NCBI RefSeq assembly: GCF_009914755.1
Contig: NC_060940.1
Length of the DNA: 64,000 bases
Strand: one strand, 5' to 3'
From: the human T2T-CHM13v2.0 reference genome, Homo sapiens
Below, one piece after another: positions 18,330-33,435 of this stretch (position 1 is its first letter; the number at the start of each line of letters is the position of its first letter). Position numbers and translations under genes: made by a program. The notes below the pieces were generated by a model. The model was not told the DNA's origin. It saw only the letters and a list, made by a program, of their open reading frames with translations, and did no database searches.

Positions 18330-18460
18330 CAGCACTTCCCACTCATGCTCCCAACAGGACTTGGGAAGGTGAAGCAGCTTGTCCAGGATCTCACAGCAGA
18401 TAAACACGAGCCTGGGCTGGGGCCCAAGTCAGCTGACTCCAAATCAGGGGCCTCGACCAT
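18330..18460 (+). mobile_element. MIR fragment
   Basis: GGTGAAGCAGCTTGTCCAGGATCTCACAGC...CCCAAGTCAGCTGACTCCAAA resembles the MIR core. Confidence 0.55.
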
Positions 18461-18805
18461 TAAGCAACAAAAATAATTTATGACGAACTCTGTCCGGGAG
18501 GACTTGGAGAAAGGGTTCTTCTCATGCAGACCTCCCTGGGGTGCAAACTCAAAGAGCCCGACAACAGGCTGCAAAGGTTTCATCAACATGCAGTCCTACA
18601 AATCCACAATCCCACTTGAGGAACTGCACCCTACCAGCCAGCGTGGGGGCTCGCGCCTGTAATCCCAACACTTTGGGAGGCCGAGGCGGGTGAATCACAA
18701 GGTCAGGAGTTCCAGAGCATCCTGGCCAACATAGTGAAACCCCCGTCTCTACTAAAAATACAAAAATTAGCCGGGCACGGTGGCACGCATCTGTAGTCCC
18801 AGCTA

Positions 18806-18979
<174 letters not shown>

Positions 18980-20054
18980 TCAATCTCCTAAATTTCTATA
19001 AAATGCACAAAGCAGTCTTCAAAGCACTGTTTATGCATGGAAAAAATGCAGACTTCAAAGCTTATCAGTGAGGGACGAGTCTGTGCTACATGCAGGGAGT
19101 GAAATACTATGTAGCATTGTTTACACTACACTGTCTCTAAGAGAATATATATTGCATTATATCCTTTAGGGAAGAAGGTACACACGACTCAGAGGTTTTT
19201 TAAAATGTTAAGAGTGGTTTATTTTTGACTGCTGGGGTCTCTGATGGTATTTACTTTGTTCCTTTTGCTGTTCTGCATCGCTTGGATGTTTTCTAACCTG
19301 TCCTTTTTACCTAAATATGAGCTGCTTGAACATCAAAGAGCTGTCAACCTTTAAACAGAGAGAGCCTTGAACTCCAGATTAAATAAACATCTCCTCCTGT
19401 GATCTGTTACATCCAATATTGCTGAAGGCAAAAGTCCAGCCCGCACCGCTGTGATCCATCCGTCTCTCTACGCCCCCACCATCAGGAGCCCCCGACACTG
19501 GGCTTCCCCTACTCCCGTAATTTTTTTTGTTGCTGTTGTTTGAGACCAAGTCGCACTCTGTCGCCTAGGGTGGAGTGCAATGGCCCAGATGTTGGCTCAG
19601 TGCAACCTCCGCCTCCCGGGTTCAAGCCATTCTTCTGCCTCACCCTCCCGAGTAGCTGGGATTACAGGCGCCCGCTACCACGCCCGGCTAATTTTTGTAT
19701 TTTTGTAAGTAGAGACGGGGTTTTACCATCTTCACCAGGCTGGTCTCGAACTCCTGACCTCAGGTGACCCGCCCGCCTCGGCCTCCCTAAGTGCTGAGAT
19801 TACAGGCGTGAAACCGCGCCCGGCCTGCTCCCATTTCTTCAAGTTCACCTCGTCTCTGGTCAGGGCCAGCGGGGCACCCTCGGCTCGCCTTCAAGACAGG
19901 GGCAGAGGAGGCGGCCCCCAGGCGTCAGCTTAGGCCCCGCGCAGACCTCGAGGGATCCCAGCCCCAGCTCCCGGCACGGCCTCGGCCCCGTGGTGTCCCG
20001 TGCCCCGCGTCAGGGCCTCTTCGATGCCTCCCTGACGCCCTCAACCCCTCCCTA

Positions 20055-20813
<759 letters not shown>

Positions 20814-20901
20814 TCAGAGACCCCGCACTGCTGCCCTCCCCTCCAGCGTGAGGGCGCCGCCCGTGACGGGCATGAGAAAAGAAAGTGGTGATGCCGAGTG
20901 C

Positions 20902-20905
20902 AAAA
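20902..20905 (-). terminator. Pol III terminator (T4) of the tRNA-Met gene
   Basis: Minus-strand trailer GTCTAATGTTTT; a second T4 lies at 20877-20880. Confidence 0.7.
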
Positions 20906-20913
20906 CATTAGAC

Positions 20914-20986
20914 TGCCCCGTGTGAGGCTCGAACTCACGACCTTCAGATTATGAGACTGACGCGCTGCCTACTGCGCTAACGAGGC
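20914..20986 (-). tRNA. TRM-CAT6-1: tRNA-Met (CAT), elongator type; probably tRNA-Met-CAT-6-1
   Basis: 73 nt GCCTCGTTAGCGCAGTAGGCAGCGCGTCAGTCTCATAATCTGAAGGTCGTGAGTTCGAGCCTCACACGGGGCA; acceptor stem GCCTCGT/ACGGGGC, anticodon CAT at 20951-20953, T-loop GTTCGAG, G1:C72 (not the initiator). Copy-number name is from memory. Confidence 0.95.
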
Positions 20987-22162
20987 TGCTCGGCGACCAC
21001 TTCGCGCCGCGGCTTTTGTGGAGATAGGGGTCGCCCCTCGCGCCCGTGCGTCCCGCTTCCGGCGCCCGAAACTGTGCCGCGCCGGCCGGTGAGTAGAAAG
21101 ATGCGCCTTACAGCCTCCAAATACAGAGGCAGCAGCCAGAACCCCAAAGGGCGCCTAGAAGCCCTTTTGTCCATTGAAACAACGCGCGTTCCATCGTCTC
21201 CGCCTTATGGTAACCAAAAGGCCCGAGCTGCGGAGCTCTGCAGGGACCTTCGGGGATCCCGAGCTCCCTGCGGAAGCCCCGGGGAGGGCTTGGAGGGGCG
21301 GCGGCCGGCGCGGCCCAAGAGATCCGGGGATGCGCGCCCGGTCTGGAAAGGGAGGCCCTGCCATGCGGCGCCGCCCAAAGGGCGCCTGTTCCTGCAGCTG
21401 CTGGGAGCCGCGCACGCCTGCTCCAGCTGGGCTCCGCCGAGGCCGCTGAGCGGGGTCGTCTCCCAGGTCCGCGGGTGGTGACCGCGAAGGCGTCCTCTCA
21501 CCTGAGCAGCCGCGCACGTCGCCGTGGGCTCGCCTCGGACCCCATCTCTTGGAGGCCCAGGCGGGAGTATCAATCGAGGCCAGGAGCTCGAGACCGGCCT
21601 GGGCAATACAGCGAGACCCTGTCTACAAAACAAAATTTTAGAAAGAGAAGCTGAGACGGGAGGATCGCTTGATCCCAGGAGGCCGAGGCTGTAGTGACCC
21701 GTGATGGTGCCACTGCACTTCAGCCTGGGCAACACAGCGTGACCCTGTCTCCAAAACAAACAAAAAACAAAAATAGCCACAAATGGCTGGGCGCGGTGGC
21801 TCACGTCTGTAATCCCAGCACTTTGGGAGGCGGAGAAGGGTGCATCACCTGAGGTCAGGAGTTTGAGACCCGCCTGACCAACATGGTGAAACCCTGTCTC
21901 TTCAAACAAACAAACAAACAAACCACACAGGCCAGGCGCAGTGGCTCACGCCTGTAATTCTAGCACTTTGGGAGGCCGAGGCGGGTAGATCGGTTAAGCC
22001 CAGGAGTCGGAGACCAGCCTACCCACATAGTGAGACGCCCCCATCTCTACAAATAATTTAAAAAATTAGGCCGGGCGCGGTGGCTCACGCCTGTAATCCC
22101 AGCACTTTGGGAGGCCGAGGCGGGCAGATCATGAGGTCAGGAGATTGAGACCATCCTGGCTA

Positions 22163-22373
<211 letters not shown>

Positions 22374-22792
22374 CTAATAACATCCTGCTATCTACCAGGG
22401 AGATCAGCCATTAAACAAGTAACCACATAGATAAATACATAAATTATAAATTGTAATGCTCTAACAATAAGTAAAACTAACAAGATCTTATAGCAGAGAC
22501 CAGACTTTGGATGATCAAAGGTTCTTTGAGGAAATGACATTTATAAATCAAAGGAAAATTTGGAGTTAGCCAGGAGGAGAACACTTGATGGGAGAATGTT
22601 CTAGAAAAAAAGGATAGCGGCCAGGCCTGGTGGCTCACACCTGTAATCCCAGAACTTTGGGAGGCCAAGGCGGGCAGATCACCTGAGGTTGGGAGTTCAA
22701 GATCAGCCTGGCCAACATGGTGAAACCTTGTCTCTACTGAAAAAATGCAAAAATTAGCCGGGCATGGTGGCGGGCACCTGTAATCCCAGCTA

Positions 22793-22900
<108 letters not shown>

Positions 22901-25900
22901 TCAAAAAAAAAAAAGAAAAGAATAAAAGGACAGCTGGTTGTCCCTGGCTCATGTAGTAGGCGAGGCCAGGAAGGGAGTTTTCAAGGCAATGGCACAGACG
23001 ATGGTGAGAAGGAGCATCACTTGCCGGAGATCAGGGACCTCAGGAGGCCTGAGGGAAACAGGAGGCTGGTTCAGTCCAGGGTGTGGTCTGAGCAGAAGCT
23101 GAAAATATAGGATGGAAATGAAAAATGACAAGAAAAAGAGATAAAATATAGGTTGGAGTTAGAATGTGAACTCGTGGAAGACAGATGAAGCCCTCGCAAA
23201 TTCGGGAATGACACAGTGATGAAAGTGGTGTTTTGGGAAGCCAACTCAGGCTTCAGTGAGCAGCGTGGTATGCAGATGAATTGTATGCAGGACGATTTTA
23301 TGTGGTACAGAAACATTTTATATTTATGTATTTATTTATTTAGAGACGGAGTCTCACTCTGTCACCCAGGCTGGAGTGCAGTGGCACAATCTCAGCTCAC
23401 TGCAGCCCCCGCCTCCCGGGTTCAAGCTATTGTCCTGCCTCAGCCTCCCCGAGTAGCTGGGATTACAGGCGAGTGCCACCACACTTGGCTAATTTTTGTA
23501 TTTTTAATAGAGATGGGTTTTTGCCATGTTGGCCAGGCTGGTCTTGAATTCCTGACCGGAGGCGATCCACCCACCTCGGCATCCCAAAGTGCTAGGATTA
23601 CAGGCACGAGCCACTGCACCCGGCCTTTATTCTGGTTTAGTATTTGAGACATGTAACTAGTACATCAAACTTATGATTGCAGGGTCATTACTGCAATGGC
23701 AAATCTATTTTAATATACCTTAAATAAAAAATGAGCTGTTTGAAAGAAAATAGTAACCATAGAAGATGGTTGGTGATATATGAATAACCAAGGATGAAAA
23801 GCACAGGATTAGAGGGACAAAAGACAGACAGCAAGAATAATGGAAGGCTGTGTACCCAAAGTTGTGGAAGGATGGAATTAGCACTGACCATTTAGAATAG
23901 AAAGAAAAGGCTGGGAGTGGTGGCTCACACCCAGAATCCCAACACTTTGGGAGGCTGAGCAGGGAAGATTGCTTGAGCCCAGGAGACTAGCTTGGGCAAC
24001 GAAGTGAAACCCCATCTCTACAAAAATAATAATAATAGAAAGAAAAGAATGACCGTGAGCGCTTCAGCAATACCTGTTGGTGGGAAGGAACCCAAGGGGA
24101 AAGACAGTGCCAGCAGAAAACTACTACACATTGAATCCTGACAGCTGAATACGTCCTTGGAACACGTTTACAATCCTTTATGTAGAAATGTATCCTTTAA
24201 AGAATAAGGAAGGTGCGTGCATTCTAAAACGAGGAAGAACTAGATAGAAGAGATCATTTGTTTTAACACTATGATGAGGCTTTACAATAATGACCTCTTT
24301 GTTAGTGAGAACTGATAACATCTAAGGAAGTAAGTCGAATATAGGGCTGGGCATTTTCCAATTGGTTGCCTCAAAGGTCACAAGTAGTATTTCTTGGACT
24401 GAGGAAAACCATGTTAACTGGGCAGGGCGCGGTGGCTTACACCTGTAATCCCAGCACTTTGGGAGGCCGAGGCGGGTGGATCATGAGGTCAGATCGAGAC
24501 CATCCTGGCTAACACAGTGAAACCCCGTCTCTACTAAAAGTACAAAAAATTAGCTGGGCGTGTTGGCGGGCGCCTATAGTCCCAGCTACTCAGGAGGCTG
24601 AAGCAGGAGAATGGTGTGAACCCGGGAGGCGGAGCTTGCAGTGAGCCGAGGTGGCGCCACATGCACTGGGCAATGGTGCATTCCAGCCTGGGCGACAGAG
24701 AGGAAAAAAAGAAAGAAAGAAAGCCACATTAACTGTATCCCAATGAGTTCTCAACATCCGGATGTGAAAAAATGGGATCTTACCCACTGCTCAAAAGAAC
24801 TAGTCACACTAACTGGAAAGAAGGGAAAATATTCAAACTTTGAACAAGAGGATTGCAGTTTAAAATAAGCGGGCTGATGGAGCCTCCACAGTTGCACACG
24901 TTAACAGTCCCAGAATGGAGCAAAAGCTATAAACACAGCAGTCCTACAGAATTTGTTTAGAATTAAACAAACAGGCAAACAAAAACATGGTGGAACCTCA
25001 GCCCGTTCCACCTGGTGTTACACACTCATTTAGGAAACAGCTGCGGGTCGCGTGACTGATTTGTCAGTGCTTTACCACGCGTTCTACTTTGCAGATTCTT
25101 GAAGCTGAACAGGCCAGACTTCCCTGGGGAGGAAGACACTGAACATACAGCCTGCTCTAGCTACTTATTCCCTGGATTCTCCAGGGAAGACATTCTGAAG
25201 ACTGCAGTCTATTCAGTGTCAACCCCTAAATCCTCCTGACCAAATCCTTTCTGAGAATAGCTCCCTGCACTCCTCTTGAGCAATACTTGTTTGTTTACTT
25301 GCTCTCAAGAGCAAAGCGATGACACCACGATGGATAGGACACTGGGCCTATAGTGGTGCAGACGACAAAGCCGGTGGCCTCTCTCTTCCAATCAGAAAGA
25401 GGAGAGGAGGGAGAGGCCGAGGAGGCCTGAGGCCTGGAGCAAATTCTCCGCGTGACTTGCCGTCCATATTGAGTGTGGCAAAAAATAACCCCGATGCTTT
25501 CTGTAGGTCAGGTTAATGTTTTGTGATTCATTTGACAGGTTCTTACACACAGCTAGACAGCATGATTTACAGCCACTTACATCACTCAAGCTGGGCCATC
25601 ACATTCAATTCTTAGCAGTTACATCATTTCCCCACGGTTATGGTCATTTCCTGGTTTGAAAAAAGGAATAGGGTGCCACTGCTGGACTTTGAAGAATGAA
25701 TGATTATTTGGTAGTTTAAAGGCACCATGAAATTCCTAGAGAAAACACTGAGTAAATTAAAATGAAAGATGTGTTCTTGCTTTTCTACTTTACATGGATT
25801 ATTACAGGGAACATTAACGTTTATATTACACTATGCTTATATTAACTAGCTTAAAATAATTCATGAGTAATATTAATTTACCACTCTGAATATTGTTCAC

Positions 25901-26628
25901 TACTATATTAAATTTCTACTAAACTGCAGTCTTTTGGGTCACATGAAATGTTTCATAAATACTCAAGCACACTTATGCTTCCAAAAGTTACATGAAGTTG
26001 TTTCTTATATTTATTTGTATATGAATGTACATTATTATAATATATATACAATAGATATATATTATTTAACTAAATGTGTTATTCTTACATGGGAATGAAA
26101 CCTATGAGCCATCTTTAAACCCCAATCATTTTGGATTCTTTTCTGAGAGCCATGGAAGGATATGTGGCTTTAGATTCAAGTTGGAATTAGAAGTTAGGCG
26201 TAGAAGTGTCAGCTTTGCAAATGTGGACTTCAGTCCTATATTTCAAAAACACGCAGAGTAACCCTGGCCCATTACTACACAACTGTCGATGCTACTTCCT
26301 CTGGCAATGAACCCAAGGCCTGGAGTAATTTGGTAAAGCTTTATGGATGCCCAAGGGTGGGAAAATATGAGACTCTGCTTCCCCTCCCCCATCTCCATAT
26401 GCCAGATATCGATTTTTTCCCTTCTTCTTGCATTTGGAACAGTTGTCCAGCAAGAGAAAGAAAAAGCCCATTTCTTACAAAGCAGCAACTCAGCCAAGAA
26501 CGCACTCACCAGTCAATACTTAATATCATAAAAATCCAGAAAAGAAAGCAACACAGACTCCACTCTTTAAGACTTCAAAACTGATACTTTGTTGTTTGGC
26601 AGAAGGTAGGTACATAATATGCGCTTAC

Positions 26629-26802
26629 CGGATTTTTTTTTCTATTTTCACAGAATACAAACCAACAGACTGTAGCCATCTTCTGAACGCTGTCCTAGAT
26701 CATGTGAAGGCACAGCTTCAGAGGTTAAAAATTTCGGAATCTGGAAACCAGAGAGAATGTTTAAGTACTCTTCTTTATTAATTGTATGACTATCAGAGAT
26801 GT
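26629..26802 (-). other. Candidate non-coding 5' exon of an upstream-promoter FBXO31 isoform
   Basis: Minus-strand pyrimidine tract CTTTCTGTCCCTGATTTTTTTGTCATAGTTCTTTACCTCAG| (alternative AG gives start 26815) and donor CCG|GTAAGC. No transcript data available here. Confidence 0.5.
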
Positions 26803-26807
26803 CTGAG
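26654..26807 (+). other. Candidate plus-strand exon of an upstream-initiated MAP1LC3B-direction transcript
   Basis: Acceptor TTTTTTTTTCTATTTTCACAG| and donor GAG|GTAAAG; possible upstream donor CCG|GTGAGT at 21088. Confidence 0.45.
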
Positions 26808-26868
26808 GTAAAGAACTATGACAAAAAAATCAGGGACAGAAAGTGCCACCTGCACAAATGCACCGTTA

Positions 26869-27213
<345 letters not shown>

Positions 27214-27291
27214 CTACAACTAACGTCATTCTTCTGATGGTGGGAGTAAATTAATTATACAAGGATCTATGACAGTAGTTGGCTTCTCTAG

Positions 27292-27560
<269 letters not shown>

Positions 27561-28078
27561 TGACCTCGTGATCCTCCTGCCTTGACCTCCCAAAGTGCTG
27601 GAATTACAGGCATGAGTCGCCGCACCTGGCGCGAGAAATATATTTTCATACTTTTTTTCTTCTTTTTTGTGGAGGACGGGGTCTTGCTATGTTGCCCAGT
27701 CAGGTCTCAAACTCCTGGGCTCAAGCGATCCTCCCAGCCTCTGCCTCCCTGAGAGCTGGGTTTACAGGCTTGGAGCCACCGCCCCCCGCTATTTTCATGT
27801 TTTGTATGATTCAAGCTTACAGTGTAGAGTGTATTAGCCTAATCCAATTACTTTATCCAATTGGGATAGAAGAAAGGCTTTTACAAAGTCAAAAGGAGAA
27901 ATCCTGGAACTATGGGGCTCGTTCAAAGTATTAGATGTTGAAGAACAAAAACAGCCAAATAGCCGGGAGCAGTGGCTCACGCCTGTAATCCCAACTCTTA
28001 AGGAGGCCGAGGCGGGAGGGTTGCTTGAGGCCAGGAGTTCAAGACCAGCCCGGGCAACACAGCGAGATCCCGGCTCTA

Positions 28079-28216
<138 letters not shown>

Positions 28217-28399
28217 CTAGTGCTGTTCCTACAGAGACACATTGGCCACAGGCTGAGGTGGGCAATAGCAACCAAATATCGCATGGTGGTTTACGCACTG
28301 CAGCCCATTTGGAGTCCTCAAATATGACTGCCCTTTCACAGATGAGTCTGAGACTCAAAAACTGTCACTAGCGTAAGGTTGTCCAGCGAGTTTAGTGGC

Positions 28400-30000
28400 T
28401 GGGAGGCTGAGGGGTAGACAGGGCGGCTAGCGATGTGGGGCAGGCCTGGCGGTCGCCACAGACGACCTAACGGTAGGAAAATCTTACAGCCACCAGGAGA
28501 GTTCCAGGCGCCGCGGCAGGGGGACTGGGAGAGGGGACTGCGCCCAGAATGAAGGCTCGGGACAAAAGCAGTTGCGCAAACGCGCCAAGGCTGGGCGTCG
28601 AGTGACCGCGGGCGGAGGTCACCAGCGGCCGCTCCCCGGAAGCCACCCACGGACCACGCGCGCCCCTGCACGCAGAGGGGGCCAGGGCTCCACGGGCGAG
28701 CGGCGACCCTGCCTCCGGGAGACGGCGCGGCCTGCCCTGCGCGCCTCAGCCCCGGGTGCCGGCGTCTCGGGCAGCACCACCAAGTCTCTCTGGAGGGGAA
28801 AGGATGGTCGGATTTGCCCCATGTCCCTTCCTCTGACCCCTCCCTCAAGAGTGCCCCGGGACACCCCGCCTGTGGCTCAGCCTCCCCCGCCCCGCGCTGC
28901 CATCTCCTCAGGGCCGGGCAGCAGGCTCCCGAGCGCCCACAGACCCGGGGTGCGGCCCAGCCCACAACCGTCACCTCAGGGGCCTCAGGCGCCCAGCGGT
29001 GCTGGGCGGGGCTGGGGCACGACCGGGAGCATGCGCAGAGCGCGCGTTTCGCCCATCGCGCACGCGCACACACCTGCTCCGCCCCCACGCTGCGTGCCGC
29101 TGCTGGGTTCCGCCACGCCCGTCATGGCGGCGGCCCCGGCCGGCTCTGGCCCCGCCCCTCGGTGACGCGTCGCGAGTCACCTGACCAGGCTGCGGGCTGA
29201 GGAGATACAAGGGAAGTGGCTATCGCCAGAGTCGGATTCGCCGCCGCAGCAGCCGCCGCCCCCGGGAGCCGCCGGGACCCTCGCGTCGTCGCCGCCGCCG
29301 CCGCCCAGATCCCCGCACCATGCCGTCGGAGAAGACCTTCAAGCAGCGCCGCACCTTCGGTGAGTGTCGCCGCGAGGGCGGCGGGTGCGGCGGGGCCGGG
29401 GTCCGAGCTGTGGAGGGCGGCAGGGCCTGGGACGCCGTGAGGGGTCGGGGCCGAGCCGGGAGGCCGAGCGGGGCCGGTGGCTGCCGGCCGGCGGGGCCGA
29501 GGGATGCGGGGCCCGGGGCCCCGTGAGGGACCCAGGCCGGGGCCGAGCCGGGAGGGCCAGGGGCTGGTCTGGGCCGGGGCGGCCTGCGGACCCCTCGGAG
29601 GCCTGGGAGGAGGCAGCCGGCGGAGGGCGGGCGGGGGCCGGTGCGCTCGGGGCCCCGGGCCTGCTGAATCACCCCGCGCCCTCCGCGGCGTGGTGCCTGC
29701 CGTACCCCGGCCACCGCCGCCCCCGCAAGCGCGCTGCGGGCGAGGGTCGCGCTTCTGGGGCCCAACAGCCCCCGGGGCCGCGCTGGGCCGTTCGGCTCTG
29801 AAGCGGGGCTGCGCCGGGACCCAGCGCGTCACCTTCAGGGCTGGTTTTCCCGTCGAGGGAGCCCGCCCGGGTGCGAGTGCCTCTTACAGACCTCAGTGCC
29901 TTGGTCGAGAGGAGGGGAATGTGCTGGGCCCCGGCCTCGCCGCGCCCGGGACAGCCCACAGCGGTGTTGCCAGTTCCTGTCTGTAGCCCAGGAGCTGGGG
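28400..30000. promoter_or_regulatory. CpG island / MAP1LC3B promoter
   Basis: CpG-dense; C/EBP palindrome TTGCGCAA 28572-28579, NRF1-like GAGCATGCGCA 29027-29037 and GCGCACGCGCA 29058-29068, YY1-like ATGGCGG ~29124, GC box, CLEAR-like GTCACCTGAC 29176-29185, ETS GGAAGT ~29212. Boundaries approximate. Confidence 0.9.
29320..29359 (+). CDS. MAP1LC3B: MAP1LC3B exon 1 coding part (40 nt)
   Basis: GCACCATGCCG; MPSEKTFKQRRTF; donor TCG|GTGAGT. Confidence 0.98.
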
Positions 30001-31670
30001 TGGGAGACTTCTCTTGGGTTTGCGATTACGTTCTCACCTTGGCACCAGGAATACCGAATACATCCCTTTTCTGCCGGTTCAGACTGGAAACCCAGCTTAG
30101 GTGTGCTGGCATTTGGTTAAACGTGCAGGTGTCACCATCACAATATTTACTCCACGCAGATGATGCGAAGTGATTATTTCCCGCTTGAGCAAGAGAACGC
30201 CGCAGATCCAGGTATCTGTTGTTGCCTAAGTTCCAGACACCGGTTTGGAAGGGAAGCACCGTGTTCATCGCGGTGGACTGCGAATGCCTGCCGCCATCCT
30301 CGTCAGGAGCCCACACAGTGGTGCTGTTTGTCTGCTTTTGCCTAGTTTCCCGGAGTCTAGAAAGAGTTTAGCATTCATTTGAGTTTGGATATAGTTTTGC
30401 AGGTCTCATTGACCATTATTTTTTTTCTTATGCCTGAGAAACTTAAGCAAATTAAAATGGACCTTAGCTTGCCAAGCATATCTTTTCAGACAGCCTCTTG
30501 AGGCAGTCCGTTGGTTAGCAAGACTTACACGTGCCTTTTTTGTTAGTAGTTTTCTTGTTAGTCACCTTAATGAACTCTTTACTGTAGTGTCTAGGCTTAT
30601 TGAGCCCTGAGAGCAGCATTAAAGACAGATTTTCTTTTCTTTTTTATTTTGAGACAGGGTCTCACTCTGTCACCTGGGCTGGAGTGCAGTGGTGCAATCA
30701 CAGCCCACTGCAGCCTCGACCTCCCGGGCTAAAGCGATCCAGCGGCCCCCCTCAGACCTGGCTTCTGTTTTCACCAATGAAAAGTTAACTGGGAACATTT
30801 ATGTAGGAGAGATGCCCTTTTTCTCATAACAGAAACTATAGTTATTTTCTTTTTTGCTTAGTACTTTTGGGTTATTCTGGAAAAGTCTCTGCGAAGAGTG
30901 GGTAGTAAGGGTAGGAAATGTGAGACTAACACATCCGAACAAGGAATTTCCTGGAACCTAAAAGTGGCCCTGAGGGTAGACCAGCAATAATGCCCCATTT
31001 TTTTCCCATTGATGTATGGACCTTGTATATACTGTATTTTCAGGGTTTTTTCCCTTGGCTCACCTTTATTTTGCCCCCTCCCCTTTAAATATCTCTTTAA
31101 TAGTCACTTTGTAGAAATGTGTCAAATATCTTAACAGCTGTTACCTTTCCTTGCTTCTGATTTTGGTAATTAAAAAAAAAAAATCTTTCTAGTTCATGAA
31201 TATTTTGGTAATGTTGATCATGAGTACTGACAGTTTTCAGACATGTGTAGCACAGTAAGTGAGGGAAATGAATCCTTAGAGAGAACCTCTTTATGGAGCC
31301 TAAGATAAGCCCCAGTTAGCTTGAGTGGTGTTTTCTCTTTCCAAGTGAGTGAGTTTAAGGTTAATACTGAATATAGCTCTGCTGATAAACTCTACCAGGA
31401 TTGACAGGGTTCTCAAAGTTGAAATGGATTTTAAGGCTCACTGAAAACAACGCCTTCCTTTTGTAGCTAAAGAAACTGGGTGGGGCCTGGTGGTGAAGAT
31501 CATGGTCCACCTAGTGGCAGAGTCTGGACTGGTACCTTTAACCTGGCATGAATTCTTCCAGTCTCCAGTAGGTAGCCATCATTTCCAGTATATTAAGTGG
31601 ACCAAGACTGTGTGAGTCAGGAGACATAGTGTGTCCTTGGAGATGTGTTGGAAATATTGAATGAACTTCA

Positions 31671-31856
<186 letters not shown>

Positions 31857-32723
31857 TTAACTATTGGCCTCAAGTGATCCTCCCACCTTGGTTTCCCAAA
31901 GTCCTGGGATTACAGGTGTGAGCCACCACGCCTGGCCTGGGGGAGGGGGAGTGCTTCAGTTTCTCTCTGAGAAGTAAATCCTGGAAAATCCTGGAAAAAC
32001 TGAAATTTTACTTAAAATGACTGAAGATATCTCAAAACAACTTTGCAAAGAACGTGTTCTTAAAAATAGGACACCTTAGGCTCCTACCGTTTGTTTTAAT
32101 GTTTGTAAAGGCTCTTAAGGATCTTTTTTGTTTTAGAAGAAAGGAATCTGGGGAAGCAGGTTAGATTTTGCTGTGCATGTGGAGCCGTGTTCATTTCTGT
32201 TTTACAGCTTTCATTCAGTTGTTGATGAACTCTCTTCTGTGTACAAGCCTGAGCCCTGGGGGGACACAGATTGGACTGGAGCTGGGTCCTTGACTGCCAG
32301 CGGGGCAGTCTGTTGAGAAAGACAAAAACAGATGATTACAGCATTAGGAAACAGGGAGTAAAAGACTTGCCCTCCTTCTATGCCATTGACTGTGCTGTTG
32401 ATAATGCTTTTGTTAAATATACTGTTAGCCTCTAAAACAGCTGTCTCCTGAAGAATGAGAGTGGAGCATCCGTGTGTACCGTGTACAGCCAGTTAGTTAC
32501 TCCAGGCTCAGCACTGGATTTTCATTGCTGCTGGACAGCGTGCTAAGATGCTCCTATGGGACTTGGGTGTTATTCTTTACAGCTTAAGGAAGTAACTTGT
32601 CTTTTATATACTTCCCACCTTTCATGAAAATAATCATTTTTGTCTTTTTAGGTCGTGTTTTGGGAATAAATCAGGATAAAGATAACTTTAAACACTATAG
32701 TTTCAGACTTTGAAACTTCATAG

Positions 32724-32876
<153 letters not shown>

Positions 32877-33179
32877 TGAGTAGCTGGGATTACGGGTGCC
32901 CGCCATCACGCCCAGCTAATTTTTGTATTTTTAGTAAAGACAGGGTTTCACCGTGTTGGCCAGGATGGTCTCTAACTCCTGACCTCAGGTGATCCGCCCG
33001 CCTTGGCCTCCCAAAGTGCTGGGTTTACGAGCGTGAGCCACCGCACCCAGCCAAACCTAGTTTCCTATATTAAAAAAATGTTTCCAGCCGGGTGTGGTGG
33101 CACATGCCTGTAATCCCAACACTTTGGTAGGCCAAGGTGGGCGGATCACAAGGTCAGGAGATTGAGACCATCCTGGCTA

Positions 33180-33435
<256 letters not shown>

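Noticed and set aside
28336-29986. Many long ORFs in the MAP1LC3B CpG island
   Set aside because: GC artefacts; only the 40-nt exon 1 matches a real protein.
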